The notes: a model not told the origin generated them from the letters alone. A DNA stretch of 64,000 nucleotides from Phaeosaccion multiseriatum (GCA_965112735.1 OZ218961.1:2046001-2110000); one strand, 5' to 3'. Counted from the stretch's first letter, positions 1 through 13,839 are shown. Translations and numbers: made by a program.

Positions 1-103
1 GACGCATGCAGGCAGATGCATATACGCACGCACACCGCACACGCAAATACCATGCAAACACACATAGACATACACATACACACATAGGCACATACACACA
101 CGC

Positions 104-134
<31 letters not shown>

Positions 135-518
135 ACGGAAAGATGGGACATGAGTTTGTGGGGATTTGGGGGGACAGCTACGTGACTGACTGACTGACTG
201 ACTGATTTACTCAGTTGAAGAGGAAGTCACTCAGTCACTGACTCAGTCACCCGGCTGCTGCACACGTGTGCGTATCTAAGCCCCCCCCCCCCTCAACAGA
301 AGATGTGCAAACTCCCCACAGAAAGACATGTCAACTCAGATCTTTCCCAAGAAGACATCTTAATAACCCCCCACAGAAGGAACACATGTTCGCCCCCCCA
401 AAGAAAAGGGAAGACGTTCTTTTCGTGTACACTAACTACCCTACTGACCCTGACCCTGACGGGAAGAGTCCACAGTTTCATTCTGGATTTTCTACATTGT
501 ACATGCCCAGATGCTCAC

Positions 519-3334
519 CTTCTGCTCCCAGTGATTGTACTTGAAGCCGGCGGTGTAGTTCGTTCGATCGTCCTCCTTCACACGCACCCCGGCCGCCTTG
601 AGCACGTCGTGCACATTCTTGCTGTACGGGCTGATCATCTCCGGAGGACACTTCTTGCTGATGATGGGAATCACCACCGCTTGTAGAGGGGAGACGCGAG
701 GAGGCAGCACCAAACCGCGATTGTCCCCGTGCACCATTACGCACACACCAATGCTGCGGGTGGTGATACCCCAGCTCGTCTGAATCGGTCGGGCGGCCTT
801 GCCGTCCTTGCCCTCGTAGGAGATGTTGAACATATCCCCAAAGCCTGTGCCCAGGTTGTGGCTCGTTGCCCCCTGAATTGCCCGGCCACTCCCAGTGATG
901 TACGCCTCGACGGTGGTCGTCATGACGCCGCCTGCGAACTTCTCCCCCTCCGTCTTGTACCCAGGAATCACGGGCACAGCAAGCAACTCCTCGTACACCC
1001 TCCGATAGAGCTCCAGCGCGGCCATGACCATCTCCTGCGCTTCCTCCTCCGTCTCGTGGGCCGTGTGCCCCTCTTGCCACAGGAATTCTCGACTACGCAA
1101 GAATGGAGTGGGGTCCTTAAACTCCCACCTGACCACATTGCTCCACTGATTGAGTTTGAGGGGCAGGTCCCGGTGACTCTGGATCCACTTGGCAAAGCAC
1201 GGGTACATGATGGTCTCGCTGGTCGGTCGCACAGCAATCGGCTCAGCGAGGTCCTCCTCCCCCGACCTTGTCACCCATGCTACTTCAGGAGCGAAGCCCT
1301 CGACGTGGTTCTCCTCTGCCTCGAGAGCCTTCTTGCTCACAAAGAGTGGGAAGTATGAGTTGGACACATCGTGGTCCTCCTTGATGCGCGTGTCGAACCA
1401 CCTTTGAATGTGCTCCCACACCTGTTGGTGATACATACAGGGAGGGAGGGAGGGATTGAGGGAGTGAGGGAGTGAGGAAGCGAGCGAACCTCCTCCATTC
1501 CTTCCTTCCTTCCTTCCTTCCTTCCTTCCTTCGTGCATGCGCTCCCCCACCTGAAAGGCCCACGGGCGCAGGATGTAGCAGCCCGAGATGTCGCTATAGT
1601 CGATCATCTCACTGTATGTGATGACCTGTTACAAGTTTCATGACGGACAGATGGGGTTTATGGCGGTTACACTACATGACGGACAGATGGGGTTGTATGG
1701 CGGTTACATTACATGACGGACAGATGCCGTTGTATAACGGTGACAGGTCCAGGTCAGGTGGGGCTGTGGGGACGGGCACTAGTAACAAACGTTACGTACA
1801 TACATACATACATGCATACATACATACATACATACATACATACATACATACATACGTACATACATACACACATACGTGCATACAATAGCTCCTTGGTTGG
1901 TATCGTGCTGGATACTGCTCTAACAAACTGAAACCGCATACCAAACCGAAACTGCACCCTCCAACCACTGACCTGTGTGTACCAGCCCGGGAAGTCCTCC
2001 ACCTTGTCCTTATCAATGGCGAGTTGCGTCTCCTTCTTTAATTCCTTGGTGCTGTCTGCCGCCCGAGCAGGCTTCTTGTCCTCCATCTTCTTCTTGTCCT
2101 TCGGCTGCTTGCCCTTCGCCTTCTGAGGAGCCTTACCTCCTCCTCCCCCTCCTCCTGCTGCTGCTGCCTTGCCTGCCTTGGCGTTGGCAGCAGCGGCCAT
2201 GCCTTGCTCAGTGGCCTGAGTGAACTCGAGAACCCTGGGCTCGTGCTCGCACGCCTTCGCGTACTTGAGCAGATCTGCAGCAGTGATGGCAGTGGTCATG
2301 TCGTTCCGAAGAGGGTGCGAGTTGACCAGTGCGGTGTCTACCCCTCCTCCTTCGCCCCCTAGCAGAGACTTGTCGAGGACAAGGGTGCACTTCCCCTCCG
2401 TATCATTCAGCACCGCGAGCGGCCCTACGCTGCCTTGCTTGACGCCGAGCACATCGGTCAATATGGACTCGTCTGCGAAGCGCAAATTGGCCCCTGCCAG
2501 GCCTAACTGCCTGCCCAGCGCTTTGGTGTCTGTCTTCGAGTCGTGCGCGGCGGTGAGCAGGAAGAGTCCGTGCTTCTTGTCTCTGAGGAAGAGGTTCTTC
2601 GTCTTCTTGCCCGGGAGATGCCCTATTTCCTCCATCTGAGCCTGCACGGTCATACACACCTCATGCCTGTGGGTGGTGCTGGGGATGCCCAATTCGTTGA
2701 GCTTGGCAATGACGGCATTGTCGGGCAGGCTCTCCACCACCTCCAGCACCTTGACCACCTTGGTCTGCTTGGCGAACTGGAAGCTGCACGTCTTGAACCA
2801 GCGACTGAGACTAGCGTGCTGCTGCTGCTTTTCTACCTCCGCGGCGAGGCATGTCGACGCGGAAATAGCGCCCCACACGGCAATGTCCGCGATGGAGACC
2901 CTCTGGCCAGCCAGGTACGTCTCCGTCGTCAGAGCGCTCTCCAGGGCCTTGAGCGCCGTCTGCACTGTCTCAGAGGAAGGGTCGCAGTCCCCGTTGATTT
3001 TGCCCAGGTCCTTCTCCGCAAAGGCGAGCCACTGATCCACGCGCTCCATCGCACACCCATCCACCCCCTTCAGAGCGGGGGGAAGGGAAATGACGGCCTT
3101 CAGCACCGCCGCCCCGCCCTTGGCCACCTCCTTGTCGCCGTCCTTCAAGATGACGCATGCCTCGGCAGGGTCAATCTTCTTCCCCACTGCTGCTGCTGCT
3201 GTTGCTCCCATGGCGTAGGCTGCGGCCACCAGAACGGGGCGCACGGCCGCTTCAGCGCCAACCAGCAAGAGACCGCCCGCAGCTTCCTTTGCTCCCTCGG
3301 AAGGGGGAGCGCAGGAACCTCCATCTGTTGCCAT
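519..3334 (-). CDS. proS: Prolyl-tRNA synthetase (eukaryote/archaeal type) with N-terminal GST-C-like domain and YbaK/ProX editing domain; 3' end lies left of the window
   Basis: Exons 3334-1973, 1625-1551 and 1421-519 with GT..AG junctions, all phase 0. ProRS motifs: [83 protein letters not shown]. ProX motifs: [35 protein letters not shown]-like: [24 protein letters not shown]. The start ATG could be preceded by another exon (AG at 3342-3341). Confidence 0.95.
1639..1883. repeat. Intronic 36-37 bp minisatellite (about 3 copies) followed by a (TACA)n microsatellite in ProRS intron 1
   Basis: CATGACGGACAGATGGGGTT(G)TATGGCGGTTACA repeated at about 1639, 1675 and 1712; TACA array at about 1797-1883. 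Confidence 0.85.
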
Positions 3335-5176
3335 GTTCACCTGACCCAACCCCTGTCCGCTGTTCTTGCTGCTGCTGTTGCAAAGAGAAGAGGCAAATTC
3401 TCCCCACTCCTCACCTCCCAGCTGTGAGTTTACGTACGACCAACGCGTTAGGTCATTATTATCGCGATGATTCCACTCTTGATGCTCATCCCTTTACTAC
3501 TGCTCATCCTACCTCTTCTGCTACTGTTTATTCTCCTGTGGCTGATGTGAGGCTGTGGCTGCTTGGGGGAGGGCTTTGGGTCAAGTGTCCTTAAATTCCA
3601 ACAAGACACAGCTTCTTTCGCTGAAGACCCCTCGTATATCCCTGTAGCGGGGCTCCTGAAGTCCACTGGGGTCTCAGGACCGGGAGTAATGTTTCCAGCG
3701 TGAGGAGGGCAAGGGACAACTGAAGTAGCCTAGCCTACAAATGCGTTACAGATGGGAAACCACGCTCCTTGGAATCGGACGTCGCTGCATGGCATCACTC
3801 GCCATCAAGAGGTGATATCCCCCGTTGGACCTGGGAGCCAAGTGGTGGAGTGGTGTTGATGTACAGGCATGAGCATTGGGTAGAATGGCAGGTGGGGCTT
3901 CTTTTTGTGCTCACTTCCATCGGTGCCCATGGCTGCTCAGCGCAAGGATGGAAGGGAAGAGACAACAGGGACCAAAGAGATCACCGTTACGTGCACTCGG
4001 TGACAGGGGCATAGTCAAGGTGGGCCCAGGCTGAGACATTCGCTTCCCCTCAGTCCTGCCTACCACTGGGAGGAAAGAAGACCGACGCTGGGAAGAAAGA
4101 AGGCAGACATTGGGAAGAGAAGAAGGGGAGGAGAAAAAGTGTATTTCATCCCTTCCCCCGCGTGCTGTGAGGCAGCAACACTGTGTGTGTGAATGTGTGA
4201 GGAAGCCCTGACACCAGACCCCAGACCCGCACGAACGAACGAACGAGTCGAGTGAGAGGGAACTGAAGTTAAGGAAGACCCCCCCCCCCCCCCTGAGGGC
4301 CTCCTTGATGAAGTCCCCTGGTCCCCTGGGGAAGGTCCGCCCCCCCCTGGGCAACGAAGTGCGGCTTACGCCCCACTCTCACTCTGACTGCTCTTCTCGG
4401 GACGACGCCTCACTGGATGGATGACACTTGATGGATGGCTCCAGATCATGGCGGCCATCGCCCTGCTCGTCCCGACACCCGTCCTGCTGGCATGTTACCC
4501 TAAGTAAGTGGTATGCAACCTTATGCAAGGAAGCATCCCACCGGGGGAGTAAGGTGCCACATACGGTCCATGCCCGCCTGAGGCTGGCGACGATGCGGAT
4601 GCGTGCGTCTCACCAAATGCCGCGAGAGAAACTTCCCCTGCTCCTCTGTCGGCCCTGCTTGCACACGGGTGGGTGGGTGGGTGGGTGGGTGGGTGGGGCG
4701 AGAGAAGGAGAGGAGAGGAGAGGAGAGAGGCCGAGCAAGAAAAGGAGAGGAGAGGAGACGGGCAGAGTAAGGGGCGTGTGTTGAATCGCAGCAAACGGTC
4801 CCTCTCTCTCTATCTCTCTCTCTCTTCTCATCTCTCTTCCACCCTCTGTTCACTCTCTCCCCGTCTCTTATGCCACTCCATGGTGTATTTATTGGAGTTG
4901 AATAGAAGCACTCTCTTCTTGTTTGGGGTGTACGGAGGTGTGAACCATCTAGTGCCATCTAATCTTTGAGTACAAGCACAATTTAACAAGGAGATAAATC
5001 TCATCTGAGGCTCAGGCTCAGGCTCAGGCTCAGAGTCAGACTCAGACTCAGAGACAAAGAGTCAGGGGCAGGGTCAGGGTCATGGTCAAGAGCAGCATCA
5101 GGCTCAGCCCCGGGGCCTGCAATCTGAAACTGCTTGACGTTACGTGGCCCCGCGGGACTGAAACTGCTTGACTTAC

Positions 5177-8100
5177 ATGGCCCCACGTGGTGGACGTCAT
5201 CGGAGAAGTGGCGGTGTGAAGCGGAAGCTGGAGGGGGCGGGGGGGGGGGTATGTGGGAACGGAGCCACAGGGAAGCAAAAAGTAGGAAGGGGGCAATGAG
5301 AGAGTGAACGAAAACAGTATACACAAAAGGCAAAGCGGAAAGGACAGAATGAGAGTTGAGGATGGGTGTGCGAAGGGGGCCACCGCACACGATAAGAATC
5401 GCTCTGCAGCTGTCACACCAGGAGCCAGCCCCCTCTCAAAAACCTGAGGTTGATTCCCAATGATAGGGGGGCAAGCATCACACAGAAGGGCGGCGGTGTT
5501 GTGGGGATCTCATCCCCCAGTTCCGCCTGCCTTCCCCCCCCCCCCCCTTACTCCCTCTCTTTCCCCTTTTTTTATCTCTCTCTAGTAACCTCTCCCTCAC
5601 CATCCCCTCTCTCCCACTCTCTCCATCTCTTCTATCCTTATCTACCTCCTACCCTCTCTCCCACTCTCTCCATCTCTTCTACCTCTATCTACCTCCTACC
5701 CTCTCTCCCACTCTCTCCATCTCTTCTACCTCTATCTACCTCCTACCCTCTCTCCCACTCTCTCCATCTCTTCTACCTCTACCTCCTACCCTCTCTAGTC
5801 ACTCTCTCCATCTCTTCTACCTCTACCTCCTACCCTCTCTCCCACTCTCTCCATCTCTTCTACCTTTCTCTACCTCCTACCCTCTCTAGTCACTCTCTCC
5901 ATCTCTTCTACCTCTACCTCCTACCCTCTCTAGTCACTGTCCATCTCTTCTACCTCTATCTACCTCCTACCCTCTCTCCCACTCTCTCCATCTCTTCTAC
6001 CTCTATCTACCTCCTACCCTCTCTAGTCACTCTCTCCATCTCTTCTACCTCTATCTACCTCCTACCCTCTCTAGTCACTCTCTCCATCTCTTCTACCTCT
6101 ATCTACCTCCTACCCTCTCTAGTCACTCTCTCCATCTCTTCTACCTCTATCTACCTCCTACCCTCTCTAGTCACTCTCTCCATCTCTTCTATCCTTATCT
6201 ACCTCCTACCCTCTCTAGTCACTCTCTCCATCTCTTCTACCTCTATCTACCTCCTACCCTCTCTAGTCACTCTCTCCATCTCTTCTACCTCTATCTACCT
6301 CCTACCCTCTCTAGTCACTCTCTCCATCTCTTCTATCCTTATCTACCTCCTACCCCTCTCTAGTCTCCCTGCGTGCGTGCGTGCCAGCAGGACGCAAGCT
6401 CGTTTGTGTGCGTGCGTGCGTGCACGCCCTCTCACCTCCGTTTGGTCAGCCTCCTCCTCAACCTTCTCCCTCTCCTTGTTGCCCTCCTCCGGCGTCATGT
6501 ACTTGACACCGTTATACTCCGCGCCGGTCCACCAATCCGTTCCGTCCTCCTTCCCTTCCTTCTTCTCCTTCGCTTCCTTGGCCTCTTTCGCTTCCTTGGC
6601 CTTGGCTTTTGCATCGCTGTCTCCTGGCTTGGCCTCCCACCAATTCTGTTGTTTCGTCGTGTACCACCACCACCCGCACCACCCCAGTGCCATCCATTGC
6701 CGTCGCCAACAGGCGGCAGGATGGGCGCGTTGCACAATAAGAGAGGAGGGGAGGCATGTTACAAAGCGTCAGCTCAGCAGCAGTAGCAGTCGGTGATACA
6801 GCCCCCCTTCCATGGACGACAGGGTACTCACTACGCGTCACCCCTCGACAAGAGTCACGCGCACAGACAAATTGGTAATGCCCCCCCCCCCTGTAGATGG
6901 ACACGCACGCACACACACGCTCTCCCACGCCCACCTCTCACCCACCTTTCCGACACTGCCTGCCCACCAGTGCCTCTCTACCGGGTCCGCCCCCTCTCCC
7001 CCTCCCTCCCCGTCGTAGCCTTCACAGTCCCCTCTGTGCAGGTGCAGCTGTGTCTCCTCGATGGCGCTCCGAAGGGCATCACAGCGCCAGTAATAGGCCT
7101 CTTTGTACAGCTGTTGGTCATACACGCACGCACACGACCCGCAGAGCCAGGCGCAGGAGAGAGAGGAGGAGCCGGGCAGGGTGAGGGAGACAAGAAACAC
7201 AGAAACAGCCAGTCAATCAGTCAATCGGTCAGTCAATCAGTCAGTCGGTCAGTCAGTCAGTCAGTCGGTTGGTCAGGCACCCCCTGCAGCAGAGGCTAGA
7301 GAGCAGAGAGCCGAGGGGCATGAAACCCCCTTTAGATCAATCCCCCCCTTCCTTCCCATATATGACCCTTCCCCTCCCCATTGACTTACTATACCCACCT
7401 ACCCATCGACTTGCTACACCCACCCACCCACCCACCTGAGTAAGCAGTGCCCGGTCCCCGGTGGGCAGCACCCCATCCCGCAGGAACTTGAGCAGCTGTC
7501 TGAAGACCCACCAGTCCCGGTCCACAAACACCACCCCCTCGGAGGATGGCAGTGGACAGTCATCGTCACAGAGCGCCGCCAGTAAGGAGTGCTTCTCACG
7601 TCGCAGGATGTGCTCGGAGGCCTTAGAGAGGGAGGAGAGGGAGGGAGGGAGGGAGGGAGGGAGGGAGTTGAGCGGTGACTCGTCGATGTGGAGCACAAGG
7701 CGCCCCCCCGCCCCCCTTCTCTCTCTTTTTCTCTCTTTCTCTCTCTCTTTCTCTCTCTTCTCTCTTCTCTCTCTCTCTTTCTCTCTCTTCTCTCTCTCTT
7801 TCTCTCTCTTCTCTCTTCTGTCTCTCTCCTTCTCTCTCTTCTCTCTTCTCTCTCTCTTCTCTCTCTCTCTTCTCTCTTCTCTCTCTCTCTTTCTCTCTCT
7901 CTATTTCTCTCTTCTCTCTCTCCCTCGGTCTCTCCTCTCCCTCGGTCTCTCTCACTCCCTCCCTATATATCTCTCTCCCTTCTTCCCTCGCTCCCTCCCT
8001 CCCTATCCCTCACCTCGAACATCTGCCCCCCCACATTGAGTCTCACTCGCTTGGCGTCAGGGTCCGGTAGCAAGTGCCTGGGTAGCCAGTCCTCTTTATC

Positions 8101-9139
8101 GAGCTCCTCGAGTTCGGCAGTGTCGAGCCGCAGGGCCTCTTCCTCAAGCCTGGCCCTTCGCCGCTCCTCACGTAGGAAGGCTCTTTGCCGAGAGAGCTAC
8201 GCACACGCACACGCACACGCACACGCACACGCACACGCACACGCACACGCACACGCAACACGCACACGCACGTGCACACGCACACATACACGCACAGGAA
8301 AGTCGGTGGGTAGGTATAGGGTATAGGGTGTGGGGTTTGGGGGGTATGGGGTGTGGGGCATGGGGTATGGGGTATGGAGTATATGGTTTGGGGTATGGGG
8401 TGTGGGGTATGGGGTATAGGGTATGGGGTATGGAGTACATGGTATGGGGTATGGGGTATACGGTATGGGGTATGGGGTATGGAGTATAGTGTATGGGGTG
8501 TGGGGTAGTAGGGTATAGGGTAGTGGTTGTGGGGTTGCGAGTTGGGGACGGGGGAGGGAGGAGGAAGAGGAGGAGGAGGAGGAGGAGGAGGAGGAGGAGG
8601 AGGAGGAGGAGGGAGTGTAGGAGGGGTGCGAAGGGGTGAAAGGAAGCGTATGTATGGGCAAGAGGAGGAGAAGGCGACAGGACAACAACAACAACAACAA
8701 CAACAGCAACAACAACAACAACGACGACGCAAAGAAGGGGCAACAGAGCTTACCATCGTATTCTATGTTTGCAACACGTGGGAGGTGTGACGCCAAACCA
8801 TGTCCAGTACCCTAAGCTGCCCATATCGTATAAATCTCCCCCCCCCCCCCCTATAGCCTCTCCCCAAGTACATATCCTATACCCTATACCCTCTGCCCTC
8901 TCTGCCTATACCCCATACCCCATTCTCTATCCCCGTACCTACCAACAGTATGAACACATGTACCCGTAACCGATACCCCATACCCCCCTTACCTTGGTAG
9001 CCTCTGTGCGCAGCTCCTTTGCCCGCAAACCGAGGACCGTGTTCTCCAGGCTCAGCCGAGAGCGAATGCCATCTGTGATTCCGTCCACGGCACGCGCCCA
9101 CGGGCCCGACCCCACGTCCATCATCATCTGCTGCTGCAT
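5177..9139 (-). CDS. KCTD-like BTB/POZ (T1-type) domain protein with Trp-rich C-terminal region; multi-exon, both ends uncertain
   Basis: Exons with canonical GT..AG: 9139-8993, 8811-8754, 8196-8014 (RVRLNVGGQMFE), 7621-7436 (ASEHILRREKHSLLAALC..VFVDRDWWVFRQLLKFLRDGVLP), 7110-6946 (LYKEAYYWRCDALRSAI), and an exon ending at 6436. A last exon near 5229-5177 (LPLHTATSPMTSTTWGH) is tentative. Confidence 0.8.
5575..6365. repeat. 48-bp pyrimidine-rich intronic minisatellite
   Basis: Unit CTCTCTAGTCACTCTCTCCATCTCTTCTACCTCTATCTACCTCCTACC with 42-bp variants; it produces the spurious LLPSLVTLSISSTSIY repeat ORF 5450-6796. Confidence 0.9.
8199..8530. repeat. Compound intronic satellite: (GCACAC)n followed by (GGGGTAT)n
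   Basis: Directly visible arrays at about 8199-8295 and 8315-8530. Confidence 0.85.
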
Positions 9140-9146
9140 CACTAAC

Positions 9147-9179
<33 letters not shown>

Positions 9180-10418
9180 TTTGTCTCTCGAGGCAGAGAG
9201 GGGAGGGGTAGTCACTACTACGGGGAGAAGGAGGTGGAAGAGGAAGGGGGGGGAGATGGAGAGAGACGCCGCAGGACAGAGCAGAGACGCGGGAGACGCG
9301 GGGGAAGATGGGAGAGGGGAGAGGGGAGAGACGCGAGGGGAGCGAGGCGAGAGAAGAGAGGAGAGGAGGGCAGCATGAGTGGTTGATGGTGATGCTAGCG
9401 CGTGCGTGTGTACGTACGTCTGCGCGGGTGGTCGCTACTGGGGAAGTACGAAGGGTGTCTGCCCTATCCTGTGGCCTTTTTGCCAGCGCAAAAGAGGGAG
9501 TGAATCAGTGAAGATCAGGGTGTCCGTACCACTCACCGGAAGTAGACGCCCCCTTTCCCCCAGCTACTTTGAGGGCTCAGTACACTTGCGTGGGTCGATG
9601 AGTTAGCCTTTATGCAGACACATTGTCTGGCAAGAGGTATATATCATCGGGACAGAGAGGAAGGAGAGGGAGAGACAGAGAGAGAGATAAAGCGGGAGAA
9701 AGAAAGATGTGAACAGAGGGAGATAAGAGAGATGAGACAGAAGGAAGAAGACAGACTAGACAGGAGGGACAGATAGAGAGAGAGAAGAGAGAGAGGGGGC
9801 GAGAGGGAGAGAGGACGGGGAAAGGACGGACGTGGCCGGGGAAGTGGCAGACCCTTCAGCGGAGCAGTCTCAGCCAGGAGGGAGTGGGGTAGGAAGAGCT
9901 CTTTTCGCCTGAGAACTGTATCGTCTTGTGTCGCCTTTTTCCCTCCCTCTGTCCCTCTCTCGGGCGGTCCCTCCCCCTCCACGCCCAACCCCGTCTCTCT
10001 CTCTCCGTCAACCCGCGAGGAGCAGTACGTAGCGAAGGTCCGGTTATCAGCTGACAGCTTCTCACCCCCTCTATCCCGGTGGGTAAAGTGAGAGCACTAC
10101 TTCACACGACATCGTCCTCATCCTTTTCGCGCTCACCTGTGTGCTTCTTGTGGTTTTGACGTGTTTCGTTTCCTCTCTGCTACTGTCTCAACTGAAATAC
10201 CGCAACTCAGAAGGTGAAGTTCACCCTCTTCTTCAGGGCCCTCCTTCGCGCGGAGCAGCACGATCGCAAAGGGACTGAAAAAAACACTGGGCGATTGGGC
10301 CCAACAGCCCACAGGTGGGAGAACATCCAGACGCGGAGTCCTGCCGAAACGTCGAAATTGCTCACCATCATGTTCTCACCTGCAAGTGTGCATTGGATAT
10401 CTGCATTGCTTAGGGACC

Positions 10419-11111
10419 ATGGAGGGCCACTACGAGGGAGATCTGGTGGACGGTGTTCGCGAAGGCAAGGGTTCCATCGTATGGGCAAACGGGGACCGCT
10501 ACGTGGGTGAATTCCACAACGGACTGCGCAGTGGGAATGGCGAGTTCACACACCACAAGACCGGGGTTGTGTATAAAGGGACTTGGAGGTTGAGCAAGCG
10601 GTGCGGCGAGGGGGAGCAGACCTGGCCTAATGGAGACCACTACACAGGGGGCTGGAAGGACGACGTGTTTCACGGACAAGGTACGCTGTTCCGCCGCAGT
10701 GGGCGCTACGTTGGGGGCTTCGTGGACGGGCTGCGCGAGGGCAGGGGTACGCTCTCGCTCAGCCACGGGGGGCAGTACGAGGGGCAGTGGCTCAAGGGAG
10801 AGATGCAGGGGGTGGGTAAGTACACCTGGCCCGACTTGGCTTGCTACGACGGGGAGTGGGAGAAGGGACTGAAGGAGGGGGAGGGCAATTTGCAGCTGCC
10901 CTCGGGGGAGAGGTACTCGGGGGAGTGGAAGACCGGACTGAAGGAGGGAGAGGGCGTGTGGCGCTACAACAACGGACGTCAGCGGCCAGGGGTGTGGAAG
11001 AAGGGCAAGCTTGTGCACTGGACGGGGAACGAGGTGTTTGGCAACGCCATTGCCAGCAAGAAGAGCAAACACAAGGCCGGTGGTACTTCCAGCCCCAAGA
11101 GACGAAGCTGA
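10419..11111 (+). CDS. MORN-repeat protein
   Basis: About 8 repeats of Y.G.W/F..G.R.G.G (YEGDLVDGVREGKGSIVWANGDRYVGEFHNGLRSGNG...YSGEWKTGLKEGEGVWRYNNG). ATG at 10419 directly after an AG acceptor-like site; stop at 11111. Confidence 0.92.
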   Translation: MEGHYEGDLVDGVREGKGSIVWANGDRYVGEFHNGLRSGNGEFTHHKTGVVYKGTWRLSKRCGEGEQTWPNGDHYTGGWKDDVFHGQGTLFRRSGRYVGGFVDGLREGRGTLSLSHGGQYEGQWLKGEMQGVGKYTWPDLACYDGEWEKGLKEGEGNLQLPSGERYSGEWKTGLKEGEGVWRYNNGRQRPGVWKKGKLVHWTGNEVFGNAIASKKSKHKAGGTSSPKRRS

Positions 11112-11925
11112 GCCTCCTCCTGCTGCTGATGCTGCTACCCCTCCTACTTCTTCCTCTACTACCGCCGCTCTCACGAGGTGGTAGTGAAAGGGAGATCTGT
11201 GGTCATGAGGGCAGTGTGCGCCCTTGCTCCCCACGTAGCTACACATGCAAGGGAGGGATAGATGCGAGGGAGGTAAATGCAGCAGCTGCAGGCCGGCAGA
11301 AGTGTCCATCTATTGATGGCCCAGTAGGGGGGTCAGTCCTGAGGGGATCTCCTTAGGATATCTCGGCCGACAGCGCGAGCCTGTGAAAGCCATTGAGTGG
11401 GCTTGTGCGGCACGTGACGGCGAAGCCCAACATCCGAACAGCCCATGCATATCCAAGGACAGGGAGTGAAGCCCAATCCCACTCGCTCGGCTCTCCCTCC
11501 TCACATGAGTGAGCACCGCTGGACAGTGACATCGGACAGGAGGAGAAGGATGATAGCACCTCAGCGCCTCCGCACCCGCCCACTAGCTTACTGGCAGGCG
11601 ACCAGGCGACATGCTAACACGGGGTAGGGGGCGAGCGAAGAGAAAAGAGTCGCAACCACCTCTTGGGGTCGTTAATTGGGGAGGAGGAAAAAGAGGTGCT
11701 GTTACTCTGCTGCTGGCCATGTAGGCATGTACTCGACCCCTGACGTGCAGTCGACCACATTCTCGATAGCAGCTACCACGCCGGCTGGCCCCGGCGATAG
11801 TAGATAGCAGATAGCACTTCAGGGGTCGAATGTACTGCAGCTGCTTCAAGACCGTGCATGCGTGCGCGTGCGTGTGTGTTGGGATGTTGGGGCGGGCCGG
11901 TCCTGTCAAGTGTTTGGGCAAATGT

Positions 11926-12146
<221 letters not shown>

Positions 12147-12583
12147 CCAACAACGACAACACAGAAGCAGATGCAGTCTCGGATGCTCCGCGCCTTTTGT
12201 GCGATCCCGTAGACTCCAGTCTAAGCCCTTGCCCCCCTCTCTTCTCCTCGCCTCCTCCTCCTCCTGCTGCTGCTGCTGCTGGGAGAGACGAACGCTCTTC
12301 AGACGGGTATGAAGTGAGCAGACCACGCGGAGATAGAGGACGAGAAGAGGGGAGTTGGTGCTTCACCGTATTTACGATGAAGAGAGATGAGACCACGCGA
12401 AGACAGAGGATGAGAAGGAGAGGAGGAGTGCTGTACGGTACGCGCTACGTAGTGCCATCACCGAACATTGAATCGAGTCAATAAGGAGGGGCAGACCAGC
12501 CAAAAGGGTTGGGGGGACTTTGCAACAGTGCAAGCCGATATCAGCCTGGCTTGAGGCGGGAGGCGTCCTGCTCTCCTGCTCCT

Positions 12584-12642
<59 letters not shown>

Positions 12643-13205
12643 GTGGCCCAAGCGTGCAAGCTTCAATGAGAGACAGCGGGGTATGGGGTCATGGTTCCAG
12701 GTGGGACTCGTTCTCCACATCAGGCTACGATACTTTGCTCACCAAAGTAAAGACGGCAGGTCGTCTGAGTGCAACTACGATAACTGGAAAATATACAAAG
12801 TCCTCTCTGTATTAACATTAACATGCAGGGTGGGGCCTGAATACTTGGGGCCCCTTCCTGTGTATGTGCCGTTGTTGTGTCACCTTCTGTGGTGCTACAT
12901 TTTCGTTCCGCCAGCTTTCACTTGCTCTCTTTTCCCCCAACAGTGGAGGGGTTGCAATAAGGAGAGGACCCGCCCCTGAGAAGCTGGCAAGTGCAAGAGG
13001 CCACAGCACCACAACAAACACGCGGGGAAGCGCGGCCTTCCTCCCAGCCTCAAGCAAGTCAAGGAGGCACATTTACAGCTGGCGCACTACAGCACGCGCA
13101 TATAGTGACAAACTGTAGCGTTCGTCTCCCTCTCTCCCCCGTGGGAGGAAGAAGAGCCTGTCGCCGCCACAGCCGAATCGCACCGCACCCCCTGCAGGTG
13201 CTTCT

Positions 13206-13839
13206 TCAAGCGCCCCCCACTCCCTCCTCATCCTCGCACATGTCTGTGTCGATATCCAGCCCATCCATAGCCACGCGACAATGCGACGCGTCCGCACCGG
13301 CCTCCAACAGGAGCTTCACCACGGCGGGCTGCTCTGCCTGGAGGGCGAACTGTAGCGCGCTTCTCCCCGGCCCTGATGTGCCACCAAAATCTGGGGTGTC
13401 AGGACAGACAGCGTCCATGTCCGCCCCGCCTCGCAGCAGGGCCTTCACCACCTGCTCTCTACCTATGGAGCATCAGCCGGAGAGGAGAGGAGATGGAGAC
13501 AAACAGCAGCACGAGGAATTAGGATGGGTCATACATTGCCATACGTACACCATACTTGCATTCCACAAGGACAAGGCACCAGGGAGACCATGGGTGGTTT
13601 GGCCTGGAGAAGCGCGGGGGGTTGATGGAGGCAACAACCCACCTCAACAACCCACCTTGCTGCGCGGCTTGCATGAGAGCAGTCATCATGTCGTGGTACC
13701 GGTCGAAGGCGTCAAGGTCCACCCTGCCCCCCATCATGAGCTCCTTCACCACCTCCGCGTGGCCCTCTCGGGCGGCGGAGTAGAGGTGCTGCTGGTGCTC
13801 GTCGAAGCCACCCACCGCCTCGTCAGCGTCCTGTTCCAT
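13206..13839 (-). CDS. Small canonical ankyrin-repeat protein (about 3 repeats)
   Basis: Exons 13839-13656 and 13462-13206 join in phase 1: LYSAAREGHAEVVKELM..TALMQAAQQGREQVVKALLRGGAD..SALQFALQAEQPAVVKLLLEAGAD. Confidence 0.85.

Noticed and set aside
3400-5000. Additional gene between ProRS and the BTB gene
   Set aside because: Only short stop-interrupted frames with no recognisable motif; cannot be supported.
5450-6796. 448-aa ORF with 16-aa repeats
   Set aside because: Translation of a 48-bp intronic minisatellite on the strand opposite the BTB gene.
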